IMG/VR virus record: IMGVR_UViG_3300033144_001700
Coordinates: 270 to 64,269 of that record
Reading direction: 5' to 3' (one strand)
DNA: 64,000 nt
Origin: a virus
Taxonomy: Duplodnaviria; Caudoviricetes
Part shown: positions 28,780 through 38,419 of the stretch, piece by piece
Position numbering within the stretch: position 1 is the stretch's first letter
How the letters are laid out: the number at the start of each line of letters is the position of its first letter
Notes under the pieces: model-generated
The model's database searches: none
Told to the model about the DNA's origin: nothing
What the model saw: the letters and a program-made list of their open reading frames with translations, nothing else
Translations under genes and position numbers: made by a program

Positions 28780-28808
28780 AGTTTACCGTAGAGCATCCTG
28801 TATGTCAA
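28780..28808 (-). promoter_or_regulatory. Sigma70-like promoter TTGACA-N17-TAAACT with TCAGGTAAGAG leader
   Basis: Read directly; leader motif shared with promoters at 49767 and 63569. Confidence 0.78.
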
Positions 28809-29284
28809 CTCGCATCGGCCTTGTTTTGCAAGAACTCGTCTCCGTATCCATCGTGCCTGATCGCATCCAAATCCCATATCGTTTGCTTCCAGTCCGTGAA
28901 CCGGATCGCCCTATCATCGATGTAGATGTGCGCCTTCGGCTTGATGTTGGACACGTACATCACCGTCGCCGCTGACGACGGGAATAATTCCAGCCTCACG
29001 TACCAGCGGCCATCCGCATCCGTAACGGCTTGTGCGTCATCCTGTGGCCACTCCACGCGCCAATGCTGAGCTAACCACGCACACGCATCGGCCCACTGCC
29101 CAGGCGTGTCTCGTGCTGTGTAGATTTCGATGTCGTACTCGAACGTCGTCAGTAGTTGACGCATCGAGAATAGCGCGCCAGGTGTGGGCGGATCGTACAT
29201 CGTGCCGTCTTGGTATCCTTCGCGGTACCAATGCAGCGGCCCATCCAAATCGATCGCGGCTACAGACCTGTTGTGCTGTCTCAC
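28805..29284 (-). CDS. HAD-family phosphatase (phage type)
   Basis: AIDLDGPL (DxD), YTAR, KPKAHIYIDDRA. Confidence 0.8.
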   Translation of the reverse strand: MRQHNRSVAAIDLDGPLHWYREGYQDGTMYDPPTPGALFSMRQLLTTFEYDIEIYTARDTPGQWADACAWLAQHWRVEWPQDDAQAVTDADGRWYVRLELFPSSAATVMYVSNIKPKAHIYIDDRAIRFTDWKQTIWDLDAIRHDGYGDEFLQNKADAS

Positions 29285-29457
29285 ATCTTGACCCTTTTCT
29301 TGCCGGAGCCGTGCGACGCCGCGTGGCCGGGTTTCCTGCGATCGACCTCAGCATCGGCTTGTGTAAAGTGCAGGTCGGTAAGGAGTAGCCAGCCGCAGTT
29401 CAAGCAACTGGTCTCGCCTTCGTCCAGCAGGTAGCCGTCACACCGTGGACACCTCAT
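29281..29457 (-). CDS. Small zinc-ribbon protein (58 aa)
   Basis: MRCPRCDG...SCLNCGW; overlaps both neighbours by 4 nt. Confidence 0.55.
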   Translation of the reverse strand: MRCPRCDGYLLDEGETSCLNCGWLLLTDLHFTQADAEVDRRKPGHAASHGSGKKRVKM

Positions 29458-29699
29458 TCGGTAAGCGATGCCTGAAGTCCAGCGCCTCTGATGTGTTCAC
29501 GTAATGACCGCAAGAATATCTCGCCATCGTCCGGTGTCGCGGCTCGGCTGTAATCCGGCATAGGCACCTCGATCGGGATAATTCCGTTGCTGTCTTCGGT
29601 CAGCCAACTCTTCGCGCCCTCGTCCAGCACGGCTTTATCATCCACCAGGGTGATGGTGCCAACGACCTTCCCCATTGATGATATTAGCTCAACTTTCAT
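29454..29699 (-). CDS. Small protein downstream of MuF-kinase (candidate immunity/partner)
   Basis: AAGGAG RBS; 81 aa; adjacent to the kinase domain. Confidence 0.6.
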   Translation of the reverse strand: MKVELISSMGKVVGTITLVDDKAVLDEGAKSWLTEDSNGIIPIEVPMPDYSRAATPDDGEIFLRSLREHIRGAGLQASLTE

Positions 29700-29733
29700 C
29701 TCTCTCCTTTATGGCTGTTGCGCCACAGTCGCG

Positions 29734-32262
29734 CTAGAGACTCCAAGCCTCGGTGTCCAAAACTTTCTTCCACTGCGCCTTCGACCAACCGTTGAATCCG
29801 CCGTTCACTGGAATCTTCACCATGGCGCTAGCCATGTGCGGCGTGCCAAGCGATGACAATCCACCAGCACCGCTCCAGTCAGCTACCGACAACGTTCCTT
29901 GCCGATCGATCATCCAGAAGATGCGCTCCCACATCGCTGAGACCGCATCGACGCCTAGCATCGGTGTCAATTCTGCACTGATCGCCTGACCGTTCGCCAC
30001 CATGCTCTTCAGCATATCGACGTGAAATGGCTGCAACGTATCGGCTCCGACTCTCTCGGCCATCGACAGCATCTTGTGGTTGCCGAATCCAACGTGTGTC
30101 GGGTTGACCGGAAAGGCTAGGCCGTGGTCGATCAACGTGAACTCTTTCTTCGTGCCGTTCCACAAAGCGTTGCCCATGTGCCTGTCGGTGTTGCCGATGA
30201 TGCTATCGAACAAGGCGTTGTTAGTTAGTTCACGCTCGAAAACCTCATTGAACGCTTTACGCTTCGCCGATTCGGAGCCTCGACTGTACGCGTCCTTCCA
30301 GGCCTCGACACCTTCTTTGAACTGCTGCACCACCGACTCGCCCAGGTCGTCTCCAACCTTGTAGCCGTTGGCTCTAGCGTTGCTACTAAACCTCAACAGT
30401 TCGTCATCGATCTGATTTGTGACGTGGCGGATCACAGTGTCTTCAGGCACTTGGACTTTGACTCCACCTTGACTCGCATCGTCCATCATCTGCGCGATCC
30501 GCTGTGCCGCTTTCTCGCGCGGCAACTCTTCACCGACCGGTATACTTCCTCGTCTCACCGCGTCAGTCGGCTGGCCGAATCTCGGCTTGATGATGATCTT
30601 TGTTCCGTCCACAAGCTCTGCCGTGTAAACGTCGCTGACCGATTGGCCAGGTTTGAACGGCTTGATTGACCCTTCCTTGATCTCCATCGTCTGGTACTTT
30701 GAGCGGCTTGGCGTGCCTGACTGACCGGCCTTAGGTTTCGGTTTGGTGGTTGGCTTCGGGTTGGCTCTCGCTTTGATCTCTGACAGCTTACGTCGGTTGG
30801 CCGCAACCTTGATTTCTCGCTCTATGATTTGCCTTGCCTTGATCTCAGCGCGCTGCCTCACCCATCGTGCTCGGCCATCCGCCTTTAGGTTTTCCCACAT
30901 CCGCCGTCGAGCCGCTAGCTGCACGTTCTTATTGAACGCATCAGGCACCGGCATACCTTCGATATGCCAGTTCTGTTTCTCTTGAATCCGCAACCGACGC
31001 CAGAACTCCAAACGCCGATCTTGTGCAGCTAAAGGATAGAAATCGTCCGGCATATAGTTCTCGATATCAATGCCTTTCAGTTTCTTGTTGCGCTCTAGAA
31101 TCTTAGCCTGCCGTTTCTCCCAAATTTTGAGACGCAACTCCGGTTTCGCGTTAGGTAGAAAGTCATCCGGCATCTGCTTAACCGATGGCGACTTTTTGCT
31201 GCGCGGCTTCGCGCGTGCTCTCGGCTTCGCGCGGCGCGCTGGCTTCTTGTACCGCTTGTACGTCTTCGGTCGAACGACCTTCCGCTTGACGCTAAGGACT
31301 TTCTGTCCTTGAAGGAACGGCACGTCCCCTATCTGGTTGGCTTTCGGATCGATCGGAAACGGCTTCTGTCGTGGCAACCAGTTGCGCGTGTCGGCTGCGA
31401 TATCACACCGGCACCTTGGATGATCTGGTGGCCACATCGAACCGCTGCTGAAAGCCTCAGACATCGGCACCCATCCCTGAGCCTCATTGTCAGCACAGCC
31501 GACGTGAACGCCTGTGCCAGCAGTCAGCCAGCGCCGCCCTAAGATCCCGTTGTTGCGCATCGTAGTGTCGCTGACTTTACCGTACACGCGCGCCGTCTCT
31601 GTCCTTGCGATCGTCGTGGCGCGCGAGACCGTCATTCCCGCTTCGTTCATGCGCAGTCGGCGTGCCAGCGTCCCCATATCCAAAGGCGACGCTGGATTGG
31701 CGGCTTTGACCACTTGGTCAGCGATCAATTTCGGGAACTCGATCCCAACTGCTTTCTTCATCGCGCGCTCAGCCCCACGCATCAACCCAGGGTAGTACGT
31801 GTTGAACGTCTCGACGTTGGACAACCAGGCGTAACCCTTTGCGGGATCAACGATCTTCGTGACGTAGCCTAGCGCCGCGTGCGTCATCTCTGTCGCATCG
31901 GCTCCGGCTCTAGCCTGAAACTCTGCCCACGTCTTCGGCATCTTCAGGCTGGCCACGCGCCGCTCGAACACGACTTGCAGTTGGTCGCGCACCGTCTCCT
32001 TGGTCGCGCCTTTCTTCGACCACAGTTGACGTGCTGTTTCGATCTGCGTACGCGGTGATCCCATCCGCTTCAGCGCTCGGTGCAGATGCGGATTCATTAT
32101 CTCAAACGCCTCAGTCTCCGCGACCTGTCGGCGCACGTAACCTTCGGCGAAGAACTCTGGCCCTGCTACCGCCTTGTACATCTCGGACAGCATCTTGTGG
32201 ATCGCAAACCACCGCCGCCCTTTTTCGGTGTCAAGAAGTGATAAGGTCTTCGACGGAGCCAT
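29734..32262 (-). CDS. MuF/SPP1 gp7-type minor head protein fused to a C-terminal HipA/PI3-4K-like kinase domain
   Basis: RATTIARTET, C..N...PPDHPRCRC (MuF); IIKP, PREKAA, DSIIGNTDRHMGN, LIDHGLAF (kinase); GGAGG RBS at the 32262 start. Confidence 0.85.
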   Translation of the reverse strand: MAPSKTLSLLDTEKGRRWFAIHKMLSEMYKAVAGPEFFAEGYVRRQVAETEAFEIMNPHLHRALKRMGSPRTQIETARQLWSKKGATKETVRDQLQVVFERRVASLKMPKTWAEFQARAGADATEMTHAALGYVTKIVDPAKGYAWLSNVETFNTYYPGLMRGAERAMKKAVGIEFPKLIADQVVKAANPASPLDMGTLARRLRMNEAGMTVSRATTIARTETARVYGKVSDTTMRNNGILGRRWLTAGTGVHVGCADNEAQGWVPMSEAFSSGSMWPPDHPRCRCDIAADTRNWLPRQKPFPIDPKANQIGDVPFLQGQKVLSVKRKVVRPKTYKRYKKPARRAKPRARAKPRSKKSPSVKQMPDDFLPNAKPELRLKIWEKRQAKILERNKKLKGIDIENYMPDDFYPLAAQDRRLEFWRRLRIQEKQNWHIEGMPVPDAFNKNVQLAARRRMWENLKADGRARWVRQRAEIKARQIIEREIKVAANRRKLSEIKARANPKPTTKPKPKAGQSGTPSRSKYQTMEIKEGSIKPFKPGQSVSDVYTAELVDGTKIIIKPRFGQPTDAVRRGSIPVGEELPREKAAQRIAQMMDDASQGGVKVQVPEDTVIRHVTNQIDDELLRFSSNARANGYKVGDDLGESVVQQFKEGVEAWKDAYSRGSESAKRKAFNEVFERELTNNALFDSIIGNTDRHMGNALWNGTKKEFTLIDHGLAFPVNPTHVGFGNHKMLSMAERVGADTLQPFHVDMLKSMVANGQAISAELTPMLGVDAVSAMWERIFWMIDRQGTLSVADWSGAGGLSSLGTPHMASAMVKIPVNGGFNGWSKAQWKKVLDTEAWSL

Positions 32263-33967
32263 TTGCCTCCCCGGTGAAGTCTTCGATAAATCCTTCGACG
32301 CGCTCCAACTGACCTCTAACCGACGCCAACAAATCACGACCTTCCCGATCGCTAGCGTTGATCTGGAACGGCCCGTATCCGAACGCTGCTGTCAGTGCAG
32401 AACTTGCAGCGTCTTGCGGTATCTCACCCGACACACTCGTCAGGTACTCAGCCAACGTGATGTCGGCTCCGGCTGTGTCAGTGAACTCGTCTCGCTTCTC
32501 TAGGCCGATCCGTACCCGTCCTTCGTTGAGCGAGATCATGTTGATCTTCACCAGGTCGATCGCGATCTCCGCATCGTCACGTTCCTCGGTGATGTCCAGC
32601 GTCTCTAGATCGACACGGTACGGGAACTCTTCGAGACCTTCAGCACCGGTCGAAACCAATGCGCCTTCCGCACTTGCCACCGTCTCCGGCGACGCCGACG
32701 CCTCGGCTGTTCCCAAGGCGCGCACGTATTCCTCAGCGATGAAACGCGTCAGCCTGTCCTCGAACATCGCCTGCGCACGATCGACCACACCATCCTTGTA
32801 CGACCTGTTGATAGCTGTAGTAGCACTACCACCTAACGGCCCACGCCTGATCAATCCTACGCGGTCTGGTGGCATCCTGTGCGCCAAGAGAATCTTGTCA
32901 TCCAAGAACTCCATCAACTTGCCGAACTGCATATCGTTCTGGATCGCACCCATCCGCACGACCGTGATCTTGGCATCGCCATCGATCGGCAGAATCAAGT
33001 TCCGATGCGGATCGGAATGATTCTCGCGGAGTGACTGTGCGAACTGATCAGTGAACCGATCGGCTGCGCCAGCGTCCATCCCTGCCACCATGATCAGGTA
33101 GCGTGGCTCGCGGTTGTTCTCGAAGAATAGGATGTTGTGATCTCGTGCAGCGATCGACATCGTGATGTGACCCAACGCCGACACGTAGTTCGGGATGCCA
33201 TACTTGGTTGACCGGCGTGTCGGCTTGCGGAAGATCAAAATCTCGTTGGCCCATTTCAGCATCTCGCTAGTGTCGTTGCTGATCGGGTTGCCACTACTCG
33301 CCCTGATCTTGCCGGTCTCACTGTCGCCGTCAGTACCCCATTTCTGAAACCAAACGCGCTTCCCATCCCTGACCTGAACGAACTTCTTGCCGCTCCTGTG
33401 CGCTCGCAGCGTGTGGCCAGGTACGTGGTACAGGTGCGTCACCGCACCAGCGACATCGCGCCCGATCTCGAACGCGCCCCATCCTGTCACCTCATGGTCG
33501 CCGTCCACCGCCGTCAACTGTTCCAGCATCGTCTCTTCAACTGCCAGTCCGTAGAACCATCGCCGGATCGCCTCGCGCTCTTCTTCGTTGTCGGCGTCGT
33601 CGTCGCCTTTGATGACCGGGACGATCTTCGGCCCGTCTCCAACGATGTCAGTCGTCTTCTGTTCGAGCGCGGCGCTGTGGACTGGATGCGACTCAGCCAG
33701 CAACGTCAGTTGCTCCAAAGGGAAGGGCGGCTTCTTGATCGAGAAGCCGTAGTCGCTCGAATCCGAGAACGGGTCTTCCTCTAGCTGCTTACTGTCGTCT
33801 GGCAGCTTGAGGATTTCTTTACTGCCGCCGAAGCCAATGACCTTCGCGAAGAACTGCTGACCATCCTTGAAGCCAGCAGACTTCTTCATCTCGTCAGTGA
33901 CAAGGCTGTCCGGCGCTGGCTCGATCGTCATCTGCCTTTTGTTGTTCTTGGACTTCTTACGCGCCAT
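32231..33967 (-). CDS. Portal protein
   Basis: LYHVPGHTLR, EILIFR..YGIP, FFENNREP, DMQF...ILLAHRMPP, NEGR motifs; synteny. Confidence 0.9.
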   Translation of the reverse strand: MARKKSKNNKRQMTIEPAPDSLVTDEMKKSAGFKDGQQFFAKVIGFGGSKEILKLPDDSKQLEEDPFSDSSDYGFSIKKPPFPLEQLTLLAESHPVHSAALEQKTTDIVGDGPKIVPVIKGDDDADNEEEREAIRRWFYGLAVEETMLEQLTAVDGDHEVTGWGAFEIGRDVAGAVTHLYHVPGHTLRAHRSGKKFVQVRDGKRVWFQKWGTDGDSETGKIRASSGNPISNDTSEMLKWANEILIFRKPTRRSTKYGIPNYVSALGHITMSIAARDHNILFFENNREPRYLIMVAGMDAGAADRFTDQFAQSLRENHSDPHRNLILPIDGDAKITVVRMGAIQNDMQFGKLMEFLDDKILLAHRMPPDRVGLIRRGPLGGSATTAINRSYKDGVVDRAQAMFEDRLTRFIAEEYVRALGTAEASASPETVASAEGALVSTGAEGLEEFPYRVDLETLDITEERDDAEIAIDLVKINMISLNEGRVRIGLEKRDEFTDTAGADITLAEYLTSVSGEIPQDAASSALTAAFGYGPFQINASDREGRDLLASVRGQLERVEGFIEDFTGEANGSVEDLITS

Positions 33968-36271
33968 TTAACACTCGCTCCATCCACACGTCGATGACGT
34001 GCATTTCAAACAGCCCTCTTGGTACACGACCATTGCGCCGCACCGTGAGCACAGATCGCCGCTCTCCCTCTTAGTTTCGCCAGTGGTGTTGTCGATGAAC
34101 TTCATCCGTAACCACTGCGCCAGGTAATCGATGATCGACGTACACTTTCTGATCGCCTTGCTCTCGGTGAAGCCGGACGGATCGAACCGTGTGCCTTCCC
34201 ACTTAACGAGCAACGATTCCAGTGGCGTGCCGTACTGCAACGCGATCGATGTCGTCACGGCCCAGGCGTCGAGTAGGCCGCTGATCGTCTCACCTTCCTT
34301 AGCGATTTTGATGAAGATTTCCCCAGGTGAGCCTTCATCGTACAGCCCAACCGTGATGTATCCGTCGAGACCGTTGATGGCAAACTTGTGCGTCAATGCG
34401 TGGCGCTCTTCCGACAATCTCTTGCGACCGTGGACGTGCTCAGGGTGGTCGCCGCTGTGTACGCCTAGCTGAAGTGTGGCGGCTGGCTGAGCGGCGGCTG
34501 TGTGGCTTAGCACTTGGTTGTCGCGCGAACCGTCGCGGTACATCGTCACGCCTTTCAACGATCGCTGGATCATCGCCAGTTTGAACATCATTTCAATCTC
34601 AGCGACCACCGCATCAGCAGGAAGGTTGATCGTCTTACTGATCGCGCTGTCAACGTGACCTTGCCACGCCTGTTGATGATCAAGGTGCCATCGTGGTTGT
34701 ATCTCCATCGCCGTCGCGAATAGCTCGCGCACTTCCTCTGGCACTTCCTCGATCTTGCCCAATGGCTCGCCTGCCCTAAGCCGAGTGAACAAATCTTCTT
34801 CAGTGATCCGCGCGCCTCGCGCCCTGACCTCGTTATAGAGATCACGGTTAACCTCTTCGAGTACCACGCCCTCGGCAGTACGTCGCTCGTGGTGCATCGA
34901 AAACCACGGCTCGATACCACCTGACACTCCGGCGATGATCGATGTCGTGCCGGTCGGTGCCACAGTCCGCCGCCATGCGTTGCGGTACTTCGGCCCTTGG
35001 CCTTCTTCCCACGCTCCGTACGGCCCTAGTGCTTTACCCAACTGCAACGACTCTCGATCGGTCGCGATCTCCAACGCCTCTGCCAACCGCTCGGACATCT
35101 CCACGCCTTCATCGCTGGCGTACGGGATGCTCATCGCGATCAGGGCGTCGTGCAATCCCATCACACCAACACCGACGCGCCGCGTCTCTTCGTTCATCTT
35201 CTTCTGTTCCGGAACCGGGAAGCTGTTCTCGGTGACGACACGATCAAGGTAACGTACAGCGGTCTCCACATCTCGATCGAACGACTTCCATCCGAACAAG
35301 TTCGTCAGCGGTTCGTCAGCACCAACGTACGCCAAGAGATTGAGATGCCCCAGGTTGCACGACTCCCACGGCAAGAGCGGCTGTTCGCCACAAGGATTCG
35401 TTGCCTCGATCTCACCGTAGACTTCGATCAACGGATTGTCCTCGTTGACTCTCGTCAGGTTGACGACGCCAGGGTCACCGGTTCGGTGGACTCCCTCGGC
35501 TATCATCCGCAGAATCCGGCGTGCCGACTTCTGGCCCACCATCGCGCCCTTGTGATCGATCACCGCGAACTCGGTGTCCTCTTCAACGCACTTCCAAAAG
35601 CCGTCAGTCGTGCCGACCGAGATGTTGAAGTCGGAGATGCTGTCGGGATCGTCGTTCTTGCAAGTGATGAACTCTTCGATGTCGGGATGATCGAACCGGA
35701 GCACCGCCATGTTCGCGCCCTGCCGGACTCCGTTCTGTGCGACCATCCGGCTGTTCTGGTTCATCGTCTGCAACACGGACACCGGCCCACACGCGTGACC
35801 GTGGACGCCGCCGATCGGCTGGCCCTTCGCCCTCAGCTTTGACAGTGACACTCCGGTGCCACCGCCCCACTGAAGCGTACGCATCTGTGCAGAACCGCAC
35901 GCGATGATCGAGTCGAGCGAATCGTCCAGGCCTAGCACAAAGCACGCACTGAGATTCCCGCGCAGTCCCGCGTTGAACATCGTCGGACTGTTCGGGAAGA
36001 ACCGGTGCGATGCGATCAGTTCTCGGAACTCCGGCACTCCGAAGCTGATCCGATCCAAGAACTGGTTCTCCGACTCGTGCATCTCCGCGCAGTGCTCGCA
36101 CACCTTGTGGTTATCGAACGGCCCGTCACCTTTCGCGCCGCCAGGGTACGTCCCACAGACTTTGCACTTGCTGTTCTCGTCTTCCCACTGGTGTTGATGT
36201 AGGTACCTCATGCACAAGATCGTCTGCGCGTTTTCTGTGAACGATTGCGGCTTCACAACTCCTGTTGTCAT
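33968..36271 (-). CDS. nrdJ: Class II (adenosylcobalamin-dependent) ribonucleotide reductase with C-terminal TSCPD-like domain
   Basis: PNSPTMFNAG, LSACFV, GGGTG, TNPCGEQPL..ESCNLG, APTGT, SKTIN, KGVTMYRDGSR; C-terminal PGEIFI...CSRC...C; no NrdB seen. Confidence 0.92.
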   Translation of the reverse strand: MTTGVVKPQSFTENAQTILCMRYLHQHQWEDENSKCKVCGTYPGGAKGDGPFDNHKVCEHCAEMHESENQFLDRISFGVPEFRELIASHRFFPNSPTMFNAGLRGNLSACFVLGLDDSLDSIIACGSAQMRTLQWGGGTGVSLSKLRAKGQPIGGVHGHACGPVSVLQTMNQNSRMVAQNGVRQGANMAVLRFDHPDIEEFITCKNDDPDSISDFNISVGTTDGFWKCVEEDTEFAVIDHKGAMVGQKSARRILRMIAEGVHRTGDPGVVNLTRVNEDNPLIEVYGEIEATNPCGEQPLLPWESCNLGHLNLLAYVGADEPLTNLFGWKSFDRDVETAVRYLDRVVTENSFPVPEQKKMNEETRRVGVGVMGLHDALIAMSIPYASDEGVEMSERLAEALEIATDRESLQLGKALGPYGAWEEGQGPKYRNAWRRTVAPTGTTSIIAGVSGGIEPWFSMHHERRTAEGVVLEEVNRDLYNEVRARGARITEEDLFTRLRAGEPLGKIEEVPEEVRELFATAMEIQPRWHLDHQQAWQGHVDSAISKTINLPADAVVAEIEMMFKLAMIQRSLKGVTMYRDGSRDNQVLSHTAAAQPAATLQLGVHSGDHPEHVHGRKRLSEERHALTHKFAINGLDGYITVGLYDEGSPGEIFIKIAKEGETISGLLDAWAVTTSIALQYGTPLESLLVKWEGTRFDPSGFTESKAIRKCTSIIDYLAQWLRMKFIDNTTGETKRESGDLCSRCGAMVVYQEGCLKCTSSTCGWSEC

Positions 36272-36287
36272 GTACGATGTTTCCTTC

Positions 36288-37805
36288 CTAGAATCTCGCG
36301 ACCTTGCCGATGCGGGTGACAGGTCGTGACTGTTTCTTATTCGATGTTTTGTGTCCCTTGTAAACCAGCCAAGCGATCGCCATCGCGCACACTCCGTCAG
36401 GCGGATGGCCGCTCGGCAAGTACAGGTCTTCGTGTTTACACAGCCGGTGCTCGGCTTGCAACGTCGTGATGTACGGACTCGCGATCTCGCCATGCTCGAC
36501 GGCCAACGCGTACGGCGTGTACAAATCCTTCTTAGGCAACGACACGTTCGCTGTCACTGCCGCAACATCGTCTTCCAAATAATCAGAGACCACGTTACCG
36601 ACACCTTGTGCATCATGGCCAGCCTTGCCGCCCCACACGCGCACGCGCTGTTTGAATCGGTTGATCATCTTCGGCCAGGACTCGCGCCTGATTCGCTCAA
36701 ACGCAACCAACCGTGCCGGTGTCACGTCTACCCGGATCGTCACGATCACAGTGTAGTCTTTCTCCTTGGCCCAATCCGCGCCGGTAACGTAGATGCCCTC
36801 TTCGCGTGGCCGCTCGAACGCGTAGCGTCGGCCTAGCGTGTCCTCGATCTTGCCTAGCTTGGTCTGAAACATCGTCTTGACCATCGTGGTGTCGAAGACG
36901 CGGCCCTCGGCTGACGGCTCTTGCAGTTCGTACTCGACTTCCCACATCGCTGCGGGAACGTCTTTCCTCTTACGGTCGATCTGATCCTGCGTCAACCAGC
37001 CGCCATTATCAACGTGCGACTCGCGGTAACACCACTCCATGACCGGCACGCCGCTCTTCCTAAACCGGTCACGTAACGCAGTGACCGTACCGTCTGGATA
37101 TTGATGCGTACTTCCGGCTCGCGTTATCCCTCGCGTGATGCCAGGTGCGTCCATCGTGACACCTGTGGCGGCGTCGTAGATTTTGATATCCATCTCGTCT
37201 ACTTCGTCCATGATCATCACTGGCTTGTGAGAACCACGCGCGGACTTGCTCGATGCCGTGAGCGCCGTGATCGAAGTGTTCCAAATCGTCTTAGCTTTCC
37301 AACCGGACGGCTCGTCTGGCATGATCGTTCGGATCGGGTTGCGGTAAGTTTCCGGCCCGTCTTCGCCCTCAACCTCGACCGGATTAACCCACACTTCAGT
37401 CTCGATCTCGTGGACTCGTCTCGACTGTTCGCCGGAGCCGCCCAAGATGTTGACGCTGGCTCCGTCCATCGCCTTCAGCAATCCAACCGCTGCGAGCAAC
37501 GTAGTCTTGCCACCAAAACCACGCGACGCGATCAACATGATCGTCGGTTCTATGTCTTGATAGCACGCCCAAGCTGCGTCCAACGGCGCAACGTGACCAG
37601 GACATACGCTCTTCTCGGCGAGCTTGATTGTGAAGATCAACTCCATCCAAGTCTTCAGTTGCTGCTTATCTACCGGAGACGTGTACTCGACGTACTCGTT
37701 TTTGCTTGCGCGGAACCACAGTCGGTCTAGCATCTCCAACGTCTCGGCCTTTGTGTAAACAGGCCACTCGCCAGGTTTGGGTCTAACTCTTGATGCTGTG
37801 GTCAC
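36288..37805 (-). CDS. Terminase large subunit
   Basis: SRGFGGKT Walker A, VMIMDEVD Walker B, GADWAKEKDYTVI nuclease motif, PDGVCAMA. Confidence 0.88.
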   Translation of the reverse strand: MTTASRVRPKPGEWPVYTKAETLEMLDRLWFRASKNEYVEYTSPVDKQQLKTWMELIFTIKLAEKSVCPGHVAPLDAAWACYQDIEPTIMLIASRGFGGKTTLLAAVGLLKAMDGASVNILGGSGEQSRRVHEIETEVWVNPVEVEGEDGPETYRNPIRTIMPDEPSGWKAKTIWNTSITALTASSKSARGSHKPVMIMDEVDEMDIKIYDAATGVTMDAPGITRGITRAGSTHQYPDGTVTALRDRFRKSGVPVMEWCYRESHVDNGGWLTQDQIDRKRKDVPAAMWEVEYELQEPSAEGRVFDTTMVKTMFQTKLGKIEDTLGRRYAFERPREEGIYVTGADWAKEKDYTVIVTIRVDVTPARLVAFERIRRESWPKMINRFKQRVRVWGGKAGHDAQGVGNVVSDYLEDDVAAVTANVSLPKKDLYTPYALAVEHGEIASPYITTLQAEHRLCKHEDLYLPSGHPPDGVCAMAIAWLVYKGHKTSNKKQSRPVTRIGKVARF

Positions 37806-38419
37806 TTCCTGATAGTCACTCTCGCGTCGATGACGATGCCCTTACCTGTGTACTGTTCCTGTTCCTCTTCCGGCATCATCCGATCTGACGCTTTGCCGCC
37901 GCGCTCGCGCAGCCCTAGCAGTTCTTCGATCTTGGTTTCTTCCCCACTGACCACCTTCAGGAGTGCAGCCACCGCTTGACTTGATGTCGGGTCTGGCGGC
38001 AGCAGGTCGCGCAAGTGCTCCTTGGTCTCGTCATCGATTACGTTCGCTTTGTCCAACTCGAAGATCGCTGTCACGGCGCTCCGGCGCAGTCGTGTGATCT
38101 CTTGATGTGCGTTGGCGATGATCAGATTCCGGCGCTCGATCTGTTCAAGAACGATGTCGAAAATCTTCTCGGACATCTCCAACCTGAACAACTCGCGTGC
38201 TCGTCTCAAATCCTTATAGATTTGACTGATCGACACCAAGTGATGACGCGCGATCGATGCGATGTCCATCCGCTCGTTGTACTCTTTCCACACCGACAGG
38301 ATACGCGTCATCACGCGCTCGTCATCCATCCACTTCGGCGTCTTCATCATCTCGCGCTTGTTGAATTTACGGTACGGTACCGGCAACTCACTGCGCGGGA
38401 TCGATCCATTCTTAGCCAC
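37802..38419 (-). CDS. Terminase small subunit (putative)
   Basis: HTH-like IASIARHHLVSISQIYKDL; coupled to the large terminase. Confidence 0.65.
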   Translation of the reverse strand: MAKNGSIPRSELPVPYRKFNKREMMKTPKWMDDERVMTRILSVWKEYNERMDIASIARHHLVSISQIYKDLRRARELFRLEMSEKIFDIVLEQIERRNLIIANAHQEITRLRRSAVTAIFELDKANVIDDETKEHLRDLLPPDPTSSQAVAALLKVVSGEETKIEELLGLRERGGKASDRMMPEEEQEQYTGKGIVIDARVTIRK

